Positions 33,989 to 42,172 of a DNA stretch of 64,000 nucleotides are shown in pieces. The stretch covers positions 22,772-86,771 of the forward strand of contig JAISJC010000083.1 of assembly GCA_031261745.1 (NCBI GenBank), given 5' to 3'. The notes under the pieces are model-generated. The model searched no databases. It saw nothing but the letters and a program-made list of their open reading frames with translations, and was not told the origin of the DNA. Positions within the stretch are counted from its first letter, which is position 1. Each line of letters starts with the position of its first letter. A program made the translations under genes and the position numbers. Origin of the DNA: Oscillospiraceae bacterium (GTDB taxonomy: Bacteria > Bacillota > Clostridia > Oscillospirales > Oscillospiraceae).

Positions 33989-35979
33989 TACGCTACCTCA
34001 GCTTTCTTTTTTGATTCGGTTTCGATATACAACGTACCCTTTGCACCTTGCAGCGCAATCGCCCCGTCAACGGGGTTCTTGTCTACTTTCATACAAATCA
34101 TCTGCGGCGCAATAGATACGAGGTCTACAATACTTTCGCATTGGTCTACAAAAACAGGTGCAAAAGCGTCATAGTGCTTGCAGAGGGCATCTATGATTTC
34201 CATACCGGCGTTGAATTGCCCCGCGCTGTTCGCGTCGCTGTACGGTACGCCGTCAATTAACGCCTCGCACGTCGGCTTTAGACCGCCGTTTATTTGGTCA
34301 TCGAACATCTTGAAACGCACGGTATTGAATTTTTCGTTGACAGACGTTTCAAGTAATTCGGCTTCTGCACGGACATAGGTTTCGATAGCAAACAACTGCC
34401 CGTCAAGTTCCGCGAGTTGGTCGGCAAGTTCACGCTCACGCGCCGAATATTCGTCAATCAATGCGCGTGACTTTCCGGCAGCATCGCGCTCGGCGATTAC
34501 TTTCATAAGCTCCGCCATACGCGCATTAACGTCGTTTCTACGCGCGGAAATGTCGGCGGTGGTGTCATCGGACGACGCGTCGATTTGAGCCTGTAACGCC
34601 ACATAGTCGGGCTGCGAGGTCGGGTCATATGCTCCCTCGGGACGCATATGCTCAATATCCGCGCGGAGATTTGCCGCCTCAACCATAATCGCGGCCTGTT
34701 TTCCGTCAAGTTCAAGCAGCGACTGCTCGATTTTACCGAGGTTCTCGGACATCACTTCGCCATACTTTTTCTTGTCCTTGCCCTCATTGGCGATGCGGTC
34801 GAGCCGCGCGTTATGTTGCTCATTGAACTTGCGCTCCAACTCGCGGAAATGCTCCTCGCGCTTATCCGACGGGAGGGCTTGTCCGCAATGGCGGCAAGTA
34901 AACTCGTCGTCGCTTGGGGTTTCAAATGCCGTCGCGTATTCCCGGTTGTATTCATCGCGCAGTTCGTCAAGTCCGACTTCGTTTTCCGCGATTTTCGGGG
35001 CAAGTGCCTCGCGGTCAGATTTGAGTGTCGCAATCGACCTGCCGATTGCCGTGAGTTCTCCTTGCAATTTTTCGAGGTTCTCACTTGCCGTGGTAAAACC
35101 GATATTTGCGAACTTTTCAAGCGCGTCGCCAAAGTCCCGCTGCTCTTTTTCGAGCCGTGCGAGTTCTCGCCCTTTCGCGCGGATAGTTTCGACGGCTCGG
35201 CTTGCGCTTGACATTTCCGCATCAAGGCTTTCGATTTCGCTTTGGCACCCTTTAATGTCTGACTCAACTTTTGCGTAATCACCCAACAGTTCGGGTATCG
35301 TGCGCGTGACCGCCTCAATCTGCGCGGGTATTTTCGTGAGTTCGTCATTGATTTTGCGGCGGCGGTCGTTCAGCACTTTCCGTGTGTCGTCGATGCTGCG
35401 GTCGCCCATAATATCGCGCAGGCCGGAGAGCCGCACGTCGGAGCCGATAACCGCATCGACCGAGATCTCGCCGCAGAGTTCGAGCAGAAGTTTTCTGCGT
35501 TTCTCCCAGTGCAGCTGCACGTTAAAATATGTCGGCGAGGTCAAAAGCCGGAACAAGTCCTCGTCAATCAGCCCCGCGATGTACTTCTTGAAGTCGCCCG
35601 CCTTGGTCGGCACGTCGTCAATCCAATAGTCTGTCGTATGCCCGGAAAAGACCTGCTGCGATTCACCGCGTTTCTTTTCCCACTTCTCGCGCAGAAGTTT
35701 GCGGAGCGTCACATCGCGCCCGTCAATGGTAACAACAGCCTCTACTTCGTGTTCGAGGTTGTGAATCGGTTTGTCGTCCGCATCAAGCGTCTTGACGTTG
35801 AAGTTCGACGACCCCTTGCTATCCTTGTCGAAAAGGAGCCACAGGAAAGCGTCGATAACGCTCGTCTTGCCCGCTGCGTTGGTGCCGCTGATGGTTGCGT
35901 CGCGTCCGTACAGGTTCAGCGAAAGGTCACGAACGCCCTTGAAATTGTGCAGCGTGAGTTTTTGCAGTTGAATATCCAT
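33988..35979 (-). CDS. SbcC/Rad50-like AAA ATPase with long coiled-coil
   Basis: 663 aa. N-terminal Walker A GTNAAGKTS, a central coiled-coil, and a C-terminal FVDQCES Walker B-like motif. Confidence 0.7.
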   Translation of the reverse strand: MDIQLQKLTLHNFKGVRDLSLNLYGRDATISGTNAAGKTSVIDAFLWLLFDKDSKGSSNFNVKTLDADDKPIHNLEHEVEAVVTIDGRDVTLRKLLREKWEKKRGESQQVFSGHTTDYWIDDVPTKAGDFKKYIAGLIDEDLFRLLTSPTYFNVQLHWEKRRKLLLELCGEISVDAVIGSDVRLSGLRDIMGDRSIDDTRKVLNDRRRKINDELTKIPAQIEAVTRTIPELLGDYAKVESDIKGCQSEIESLDAEMSSASRAVETIRAKGRELARLEKEQRDFGDALEKFANIGFTTASENLEKLQGELTAIGRSIATLKSDREALAPKIAENEVGLDELRDEYNREYATAFETPSDDEFTCRHCGQALPSDKREEHFRELERKFNEQHNARLDRIANEGKDKKKYGEVMSENLGKIEQSLLELDGKQAAIMVEAANLRADIEHMRPEGAYDPTSQPDYVALQAQIDASSDDTTADISARRNDVNARMAELMKVIAERDAAGKSRALIDEYSARERELADQLAELDGQLFAIETYVRAEAELLETSVNEKFNTVRFKMFDDQINGGLKPTCEALIDGVPYSDANSAGQFNAGMEIIDALCKHYDAFAPVFVDQCESIVDLVSIAPQMICMKVDKNPVDGAIALQGAKGTLYIETESKKKAEVA

Positions 35980-35988
35980 AACGTCCTC

Positions 35989-36444
35989 CTATATCGCCGC
36001 CGCAGCGGTTGTTTCCAAATTCAAGTGGCTCAACAGCACGATTGTATTTGTGAGGTTGTCGAGCAGTTCGCGCTGATAGTTCTGCCACATATCCCATTCG
36101 CCGAACCGAACGAGCCGCCGTAAGTCGGGGATTAACTTCTCGCTCTCGCTAACATCGTGTTCAAAAGCGATAAACGCCTGTTCGAGCGACATTCGGGGTA
36201 GTTTCGCGCCGCCCGTCAATGCAGAAAACATCGGGTCTTTCTCGTAGTAGAGCGAAATCAGCTCCATACTTTTGTAAACCCAAGCGGCTGTCGTCCAAAT
36301 GTCGGGAGCCGTCTCCTTGACTTCGCCGCTCTCGTGCCGAGCCAACTGCCGTTCGCTAAGTCCTAACCGTGAAGCGGCAGCTTCAAGGGTCAGCCCCGCC
36401 GCTAAACGTCCGCTTTTGAGTTCGTTTGAACCGTGTAATGTCAT
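35989..36444 (-). CDS. XRE-family HTH protein
   Basis: ATG 36444 preceded by SD AAAGGAGG. HTH segment AAGLTLEAAASRLGLSERQLARHESGE. Confidence 0.55.
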   Translation of the reverse strand: MTLHGSNELKSGRLAAGLTLEAAASRLGLSERQLARHESGEVKETAPDIWTTAAWVYKSMELISLYYEKDPMFSALTGGAKLPRMSLEQAFIAFEHDVSESEKLIPDLRRLVRFGEWDMWQNYQRELLDNLTNTIVLLSHLNLETTAAAAI

Positions 36445-36519
36445 TTTCAACGCCTCCTTTGTGTGGGATAATATAAACAGCCACGCAGTCAAGCTACTGC
36501 TTGTCCGCAGTGAGCGGCA

Positions 36520-36714
36520 TTACGCCGCTCCGTCCTCCGTCCGCTTTCGTATGTTCTCCGCGTGAATCCCGCCGGCCAACTTGCTGATAGCGTCAAGTCG
36601 CCGCTCGTTTTCCTCGGGTGTTATTTCGGCGTATGTCACGGAAACTCGTGTAACCCCCTGCTTGCCGTAGTCAAGCTCGGTTCCGTCACCTTTGACCGTT
36701 ATAGTGGGTTCCAT
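36520..36714 (-). CDS. Hypothetical small protein
   Basis: 64 aa ORF in the early operon. Confidence 0.4.
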   Translation of the reverse strand: MEPTITVKGDGTELDYGKQGVTRVSVTYAEITPEENERRLDAISKLAGGIHAENIRKRTEDGAA

Positions 36715-36755
36715 AAGACCACCTCCGTTGACAATGTATTTTTGCTCGGCTTGTC

Positions 36756-37004
36756 TTATACGCCTTTGAAATACTGCTCGTACAGGTGCAACGAGTCCTC
36801 AACAAAAAGCGGATCCCGTTCACGCAACCACGCCATCGTCTTTTTGCGGAGATTCTCAAACCCGCGTTCACTTCGCTTGGCGAGTTGGAGCGAATAATTT
36901 TTCACTCCTATGCTGTTTGCAAGTTCGTTCGTCGTCAAGTTGTAACGCTCACAGTAGAGGTTTGCCACAAACCCCAAAGCAGTCAGATCATACTTTGTAA
37001 CCAC
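36756..37004 (-). CDS. Small HTH protein (Cro/antirepressor-like)
   Basis: 82 aa, SD GGAAAGGAGGG. HTH-like segment YNLTTNELANSIGVKNYSLQLAKR. Confidence 0.5.
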   Translation of the reverse strand: MVTKYDLTALGFVANLYCERYNLTTNELANSIGVKNYSLQLAKRSERGFENLRKKTMAWLRERDPLFVEDSLHLYEQYFKGV

Positions 37005-37030
37005 GAAATTCCCTCCTTTCCGTTTTACAG

Positions 37031-37059
37031 TTGACTTTTGCTATTAACTGTAATATAAT
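37031..37059 (+). promoter_or_regulatory. Consensus plus-strand promoter (TTGACT-17-TATAAT) inside the minus-strand early operon, overlapped by an 8-bp inverted repeat
   Basis: TTGACT at 37031-37036 and TATAAT at 37054-37059. The inverted repeat is TTACAGTT (37025-37032) / AACTGTAA (37046-37053). Confidence 0.45.
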
Positions 37060-37144
37060 AATGTATCGTCGTGCGGCTTCCCGCGACCGCTATTGACGGC
37101 GGTTTCGGCTGATTGCCACTCAGCTCTTGTTCAAGCAGGTGCTG

Positions 37145-37381
37145 TCAGTTGTACTTTTCGAGGACAATGCCGTAAACCGTTCTGACTTCATCGTCTGCGC
37201 GGTCCACATCAAGCCCGCGGTCGTAGTTGTAAAGGTCTTTTGTTTCTCCGACCTTGCGGATGGTGAGTTTGCTGATTCGACCGCCATCAATGCCGAACTC
37301 CGAGGCTTTCTTATAGTGCTTGACGTAGTATTGGTATTTGCCGCCCGTTTCCGGACAGGTGAGAATTCCTTGTGACCACAT
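37145..37381 (-). CDS. Hypothetical small early protein
   Basis: 78 aa ORF. Confidence 0.45.
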   Translation of the reverse strand: MWSQGILTCPETGGKYQYYVKHYKKASEFGIDGGRISKLTIRKVGETKDLYNYDRGLDVDRADDEVRTVYGIVLEKYN

Positions 37382-37384
37382 AAG

Positions 37385-37597
37385 CTATGCCCTTTCCTTT
37401 TTTCGCCACAGCGCGACTTTTTCATATTGCTCGTCGAGCATTTCCTCAAACTCGGCGGCTGAGATGTCGGTATCGAGCCGAACGTAGCGCGAAATCAAGA
37501 TGTTCTGAATGCCGCGCCGCGAAATGCCGTCCATACCCATACTTTGAATGTCCCCGGCGAGAGTATGGAGCATCTGTTCCTTATCGCTCATTTGCAA
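37385..37597 (-). CDS. Hypothetical small early protein
   Basis: 70 aa ORF, overlapping the upstream gene by 10 nt. Confidence 0.45.
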   Translation of the reverse strand: MQMSDKEQMLHTLAGDIQSMGMDGISRRGIQNILISRYVRLDTDISAAEFEEMLDEQYEKVALWRKKERA

Positions 37598-37851
37598 TCC
37601 TCCCAGTCTGCGCTTTCGACATATTCCTCGTTCTCGTCGTAGACCTCAAACGAGCCGGTCAGATGCGCTTTCCCCGTTTCCTCGTCAAAACGGACGGTCG
37701 CGCAGATGTGCTTGTAGTTGAAATCAAACATACCGTCCTCGACATTGTGTCCGTGAAGCGTATGGCACAGCGCGGCGAAATTCGGCGAACTTTCGATTAT
37801 CGCATTCAGTTCCGGCTTTAACGCCCTGCCCGCCGCCACTAACCCGGTCAT
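37588..37851 (-). CDS. Hypothetical small early protein (first gene of the early operon)
   Basis: 87 aa ORF downstream of the early promoter. Confidence 0.45.
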   Translation of the reverse strand: MTGLVAAGRALKPELNAIIESSPNFAALCHTLHGHNVEDGMFDFNYKHICATVRFDEETGKAHLTGSFEVYDENEEYVESADWEDCK

Positions 37852-37931
37852 AGTCGCTACCCCCTTGCAATTCCAAGTAATTTTGTTGCTTATTGGTTCA
37901 ATCGTTCTTTCGCAGTCGATTGTATGTATTG

Positions 37932-37960
37932 AGTATAACTCTAATTTCTCTAATTGTCAA
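37932..37960 (-). promoter_or_regulatory. Early lytic promoter (TTGACA-17-TATACT on the minus strand)
   Basis: The -35 is the reverse complement of 37955-37960 and the -10 is the reverse complement of 37932-37937. It diverges from the repressor gene. Confidence 0.6.
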
Positions 37961-37987
37961 TAAAAATAATAGAGATTTTAGAGATTT
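37939..37987. promoter_or_regulatory. Operator-like repeats at the lysogeny switch
   Basis: CTCTAATT at 37939 and 37948, inside the promoter spacer. AGAGATTT at 37971 and 37980. The cores CTCTA / TAGAG are in inverted orientation. Confidence 0.5.
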
Positions 37988-38054
37988 GGATAATATAAAC
38001 AGCAACCCCTACGAGTATCACCGCTTTTAATGTGCATATTTTACAAAGGATGGT

Positions 38055-38675
38055 GTGTTAGTTATGCCGACCATTATTGATGTCATTGACCGTTTAATGT
38101 CTGAACGCAATATAGGTTCATATTCAGAGTTGGAACGGCTTTCCGGCATTTCAAATGGCTCTATCGGGAAATGGGCGAAGAGCAACTATGAGCCATCAAA
38201 GAAAAGTTTGAACCGTTTAGCCGCGTACTTTGATATTTCTGTTGAGGAACTGCTTGTAACGCCCGACTTAATCAGCGTGGGCGTTACCGGAGTCCGCACT
38301 TGGGCTGATAACGATTTTTTTACCGAAGAGGAATCGGCAAATATAAAAGAACATTTTACTGACTTACTGTTTCGGTACAAAAATGTTGTGAATCACGTTT
38401 GCGACGCGCGCACAGGTGTACACGGGGATATTGATGTTGATGCAATACGAAACCGCGTTCATAGTGATATAGACGCCTTATTGCACTGGGTGGACCTAAT
38501 CCCGGATTATTTCTTTGGAAAGCGCAAAAAACCGACTGCCCTTGATGGGCAGCCGGCAAGCGAACGTGCAGAGCGTTTAGTTGACAAAATCATTCGTCTT
38601 TCGCCAGAGGACGCTCAGAAAGCTCTTGACTATGTAGAGATGTTAGAGTTGAAACGAAATCATCAAGGGTCGTAA
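38055..38675 (+). CDS. Phage repressor, XRE-family HTH (CI-like)
   Basis: HTH segment SYSELERLSGISNGSIGKWAKSN. Divergent from the early operon. Alternative ATG start at 38064. Confidence 0.7.
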   Translation: MLVMPTIIDVIDRLMSERNIGSYSELERLSGISNGSIGKWAKSNYEPSKKSLNRLAAYFDISVEELLVTPDLISVGVTGVRTWADNDFFTEEESANIKEHFTDLLFRYKNVVNHVCDARTGVHGDIDVDAIRNRVHSDIDALLHWVDLIPDYFFGKRKKPTALDGQPASERAERLVDKIIRLSPEDAQKALDYVEMLELKRNHQGS

Positions 38676-38963
38676 GTTCCTCGTCAGTCAGTGACGCGAG
38701 TTGCTCAATCAGCCTATACCTCGGGTCACTTTCGCGTTCGTATTTATCCATAATGCCTTTCGGCACCACCTTTCAATTATAATGACGCACGGAAAGGGAG
38801 TAGGTATACCCACTCCCGAAAGCAAATGGGCGGAGATGCGCCCAGTCCTTTCATAAAACCACCCGCGAATCATATTCCCAAAAAAGTGGGGATTTCCATT
38901 ATACGACGGCGCGAGATAAAAGGCTTTAATTTGTTAGATTATCACGGAAACAGGAGAAACGGT

Positions 38964-39761
38964 ATGGACTTGATTTATAATACTGTTGAGGAAATACTTG
39001 CAATTCCGATTCCAAAATACGAGCGGTCGTCGGAAATATCGTCACCTCACGAAAATATCGAGTACATTTTACAGCGGATGGCTCTCCCGTATCGACACGC
39101 GGGGCGAATGGACTTGGCTATTGCGTGTTTGCGGAAGTCAAACGAAATATTCCCCCATTCAAATTTTTCTTGGTCTGCTGATGATTATTTGCGCCTTGTT
39201 ATGTACCTTCGGCTCGACGGTAAACCCGATGAAGCGAAAACAGAGTTGCGCGGGCTTCGAGAGCAATTCGCGCCCAAGGACGGTGAGCGCGATACAAACA
39301 GGCTTCTCTCCTACTCAAAATTCACGGAAGCCGACCTCGACAAAGCGGAACATATTCGTGCGTGCTGTAAGCGACATCATATTTTAATGAATCAGAATAC
39401 CGGCGGGTTTCCCGATCCACACGCAATAAAAAGTCTTGGCATTTTGATTTATACGGACAAGCTAACGTATGACACGTTAATTCGTGATTACCCCGGGTTC
39501 GTTGACGACATTGCAGAATCCTCCGACGCGCTCTCGGCATCCCAAACGCTTGAGGTGCTGATTGAAAATATCCGCGACAGCGAGGAGCGGCTTGCCCCAC
39601 GCGTTCAAATGCAAAACGATTACGAGGAGTATAAAGCAATGTGCGCGGCTCTCGGTGATTTAATGCCTAAAACGTTTCAGACATTCCATAAACACAAGAT
39701 CGCCAACAATGATAAGTACCGATTGTGGCACGACGAATACACCTCCGCGATCGCGGAGTAG
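38964..39761 (+). CDS. Lysogeny-module (moron) protein with a C-terminal motif shared with the MuF head protein
   Basis: ATG 38964 preceded by SD AGGAGAA; 265 aa. The C-terminal NDYEEYK...LGDLMPKTFQTFHKHKIANNDKY matches the C-terminus of MuF. Confidence 0.55.
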   Translation: MDLIYNTVEEILAIPIPKYERSSEISSPHENIEYILQRMALPYRHAGRMDLAIACLRKSNEIFPHSNFSWSADDYLRLVMYLRLDGKPDEAKTELRGLREQFAPKDGERDTNRLLSYSKFTEADLDKAEHIRACCKRHHILMNQNTGGFPDPHAIKSLGILIYTDKLTYDTLIRDYPGFVDDIAESSDALSASQTLEVLIENIRDSEERLAPRVQMQNDYEEYKAMCAALGDLMPKTFQTFHKHKIANNDKYRLWHDEYTSAIAE

Positions 39762-39795
39762 CGTTAAACGCAGAAAGGGCAGACGAGGGCGGTAT

Positions 39796-41337
39796 ATGAA
39801 AGAAACCATCGAACAGAACATTGAGCATCCGGAAATTGCTATTTATCTACGCAAATCAAGAGACGAGGAAAACGCCGGGCTTGAGGAAACTCTCGCCCGG
39901 CATCGTGCCGTTCTGCTCGGAATAGTCGATTCTCTGAAGCTCGTTCTCGTAGACATTTACGAAGAAGTCGTCAGCGGCGAGAGCCTTTTCCGTCGTCCCG
40001 AAATGCTGAAACTGTTGGAGTCCGTACAGGCGAATAAATACGACGCTGTTTTGTGTATGGATATTGACCGCCTCGGACGAGGCGGTATGCAAGATCAAGG
40101 TCTTATTCTTGATACATTCAAGCAGTCCGAAACGAAAATCATCACGCCCGAGCGCACCTACGACCTCACGCTTGATTTTGACGAGCAGATTACCGAAATG
40201 CAAACTTTCATTTCGCGGCAAGAATACAAGATGATTCGGAAAAGACTTCGGCGCGGCCTCGATACCACAATTTCGGAGGGCGGCTACGTCGCAAATCCCC
40301 CATACGGGTACCGCAGAACGACCGTCAACAAAAAGCCGTCGCTCGAAATTTACGAACCCGAAGCCCATTTTATCCGTATGATTTTTGATATGTATTGTGC
40401 CGGGGACGGAACGACAGCAATCGCCGATACGCTTAATCACCTCGGAGCCGTGCCGCACCGTTCATCTCAATGGAATCGGAACAGCGTCCGTCATATACTG
40501 CTGAACCCGACATTTTGCGGGAAAGTCGTTTGGTACAAAAAGCAACACATACGCCCCGGCAGACGCGGGAACGCAAAAACAATAACGGTCTACAACCCCG
40601 TCGAAAAATGGCTTATATACGACGGTTTACACCCCGCCATTATCAGCGAGGAGCAGTTTCAAGAAGCCGCCGAGGTACGCTCGGGACGGAGAACGCCTTA
40701 TCGACGGAATGCGGATGTCGCAAACCCCCTCGCCGGTCTTGTAGTGTGCGCCGTGTGCGGCTCAAAAATGCAACGTCAAGGCTCGAACAAGGGTACCGCC
40801 TACTTGCTATGCCCGAAAGCGGGATGCGTGGCAGGGGCGAAATTTGAGTATGTGGAAACGGTATTGATTGGGCAGCTGCACGAGGAATTGAAGAGTATCC
40901 CTGTGGACGACGCGGCTCTCGCTCCGCTCCGCACTTTTGACTACGCCGCCGTTGCAGACGGCATAAACAAAGCACTCAACAGATCCCAAGCGCAAAAGGA
41001 GCAACTGTACAATTTCTTGGAGCAGGGCGTTTACGACGTTCAGACGTACAGACAGCGAATGGCTGCTTTGTCGGAAAGAATTGCAGACCTCGAACAGCAA
41101 CTCGAAAAGAACGAGAAGTCGCGCAGAAACGAGGAGCGAAGCAGCGTCACCGCGCTCCGCTCACGGCTCACCAATGTCCTCGAAGTTTATGATGAATCCG
41201 ATGCCGCCGGACGTAATTCACTGCTGAAAAGCGTTATCGAGCACGTCTATTACAGCAAGGCGAAAAAGACTAAGCCCCGTGATTTCTCATTGCAAATACA
41301 GCTTAAACTCATACCCTCTAATTCGCGTAATCCTTAG
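39796..41337 (+). CDS. Large serine recombinase (prophage integrase)
   Basis: 513 aa. N-terminal resolvase domain IAIYLRKSRDEE (catalytic Ser), a recombinase domain, a zinc ribbon CAVCGSKM...CPKAGC, and a coiled-coil tail. Confidence 0.9.
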   Translation: MKETIEQNIEHPEIAIYLRKSRDEENAGLEETLARHRAVLLGIVDSLKLVLVDIYEEVVSGESLFRRPEMLKLLESVQANKYDAVLCMDIDRLGRGGMQDQGLILDTFKQSETKIITPERTYDLTLDFDEQITEMQTFISRQEYKMIRKRLRRGLDTTISEGGYVANPPYGYRRTTVNKKPSLEIYEPEAHFIRMIFDMYCAGDGTTAIADTLNHLGAVPHRSSQWNRNSVRHILLNPTFCGKVVWYKKQHIRPGRRGNAKTITVYNPVEKWLIYDGLHPAIISEEQFQEAAEVRSGRRTPYRRNADVANPLAGLVVCAVCGSKMQRQGSNKGTAYLLCPKAGCVAGAKFEYVETVLIGQLHEELKSIPVDDAALAPLRTFDYAAVADGINKALNRSQAQKEQLYNFLEQGVYDVQTYRQRMAALSERIADLEQQLEKNEKSRRNEERSSVTALRSRLTNVLEVYDESDAAGRNSLLKSVIEHVYYSKAKKTKPRDFSLQIQLKLIPSNSRNP

Positions 41338-41357
41338 ACAAGGACTGCATCGAGGAT

Positions 41358-42065
41358 TTGCGGCTGTACCTCACGCGGGAGTCCCAGCGCGCCGTTGACA
41401 ACGCCGTTTCCGTCCGTGCCAGGTCCGCAAAGCTCCTGTACGCGAACATTGACGTCGAGGAAGTCACGTTTAACCGCGGCTATTACTCGGTCGATATCCG
41501 CTACTACTACCGCATCCACGGCGAAGCCTTTACGCTTATCAACAAGCCCGTTGAGATCTCCGGCCTTGCCGTGTTCGACAAGCGCGTGATTCTCTTCGGC
41601 AGCGAGGGCAACGCGAAAATTTTCACCTCAAAAACGGTTCTCGGCGGCGACGACTTCGCGGAGCTTGAATACTCGAACCTTCCGACGGCGGTCGTCGAGG
41701 CCGTGGATCCGATTGTCCTCGCGATGAAGCTCGTTGACGTGACTGATAACCGCTGTGAATTCGGTGTTTCGGAGATTCCCGAACAGATTTCCGACAACTT
41801 CGGCGGCGACCTCGCGTTCGACAACCCGAACCGCCGCGTCTACGTCACAATCGGGCAGTTCTCCATTATCCGGTTGGAGCGCGACACGCAGCTGTTGATG
41901 CCTAGCTACGACTACTTCGTACCCGACAAGGAGTGCATCGGCTCCGGCGACGACGACGCCTGCACACTGTTCTCCCGCATACATTTTCCGGTTGAGGAAT
42001 TCTTCCCGCCGGACACGCTGGAAATCCCTGAGGGATACCGCGAGGCAAAAGAAAAGTACAATTAA
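41358..42065 (+). CDS. Host hypothetical protein, probably 5'-truncated by the prophage insertion
   Basis: Only a TTG start is available. The frame stays open upstream to 41331 and overlaps the integrase stop codon. No SD is visible. Confidence 0.5.
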   Translation: MRLYLTRESQRAVDNAVSVRARSAKLLYANIDVEEVTFNRGYYSVDIRYYYRIHGEAFTLINKPVEISGLAVFDKRVILFGSEGNAKIFTSKTVLGGDDFAELEYSNLPTAVVEAVDPIVLAMKLVDVTDNRCEFGVSEIPEQISDNFGGDLAFDNPNRRVYVTIGQFSIIRLERDTQLLMPSYDYFVPDKECIGSGDDDACTLFSRIHFPVEEFFPPDTLEIPEGYREAKEKYN

Positions 42066-42172
42066 TCGGAATGCGGCAAACCCGCCCGCGCGGGTTTGCC
42101 GCAAAAAAAATGCTGACCTTAACACTACTTTAACAATTGTGTGCTATAATACCCCAAATGGGAGGTGGCGCA

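Larger units (their letters stand above)
1..41337. mobile_element. Integrated PBSX-like myovirus-type prophage, right-hand part (left end outside window)
   Basis: Contiguous phage modules: sheath/tube, capsid, portal, terminase, replication/recombination, repressor. A terminal large serine recombinase is followed by host housekeeping genes and a visibly higher GC content. Confidence 0.85.

Noticed and set aside
39796-41337. Serine recombinase considered as a small invertase or transposon resolvase
   Set aside because: At 513 aa it has recombinase and zinc-ribbon domains plus a coiled-coil tail, which makes it a large serine recombinase. Its terminal position in the prophage fits an integrase.
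42069-42108. Strong 13-bp hairpin (GCGGCAAACCCGC/GCGGGTTTGCCGC) after the truncated host ORF, considered as an intrinsic terminator
   Set aside because: It is followed by A8 rather than a T-tract on the plus strand, so it is not a canonical terminator for the upstream gene. It may still be a stabilising hairpin or an atypical terminator, so it was not called.
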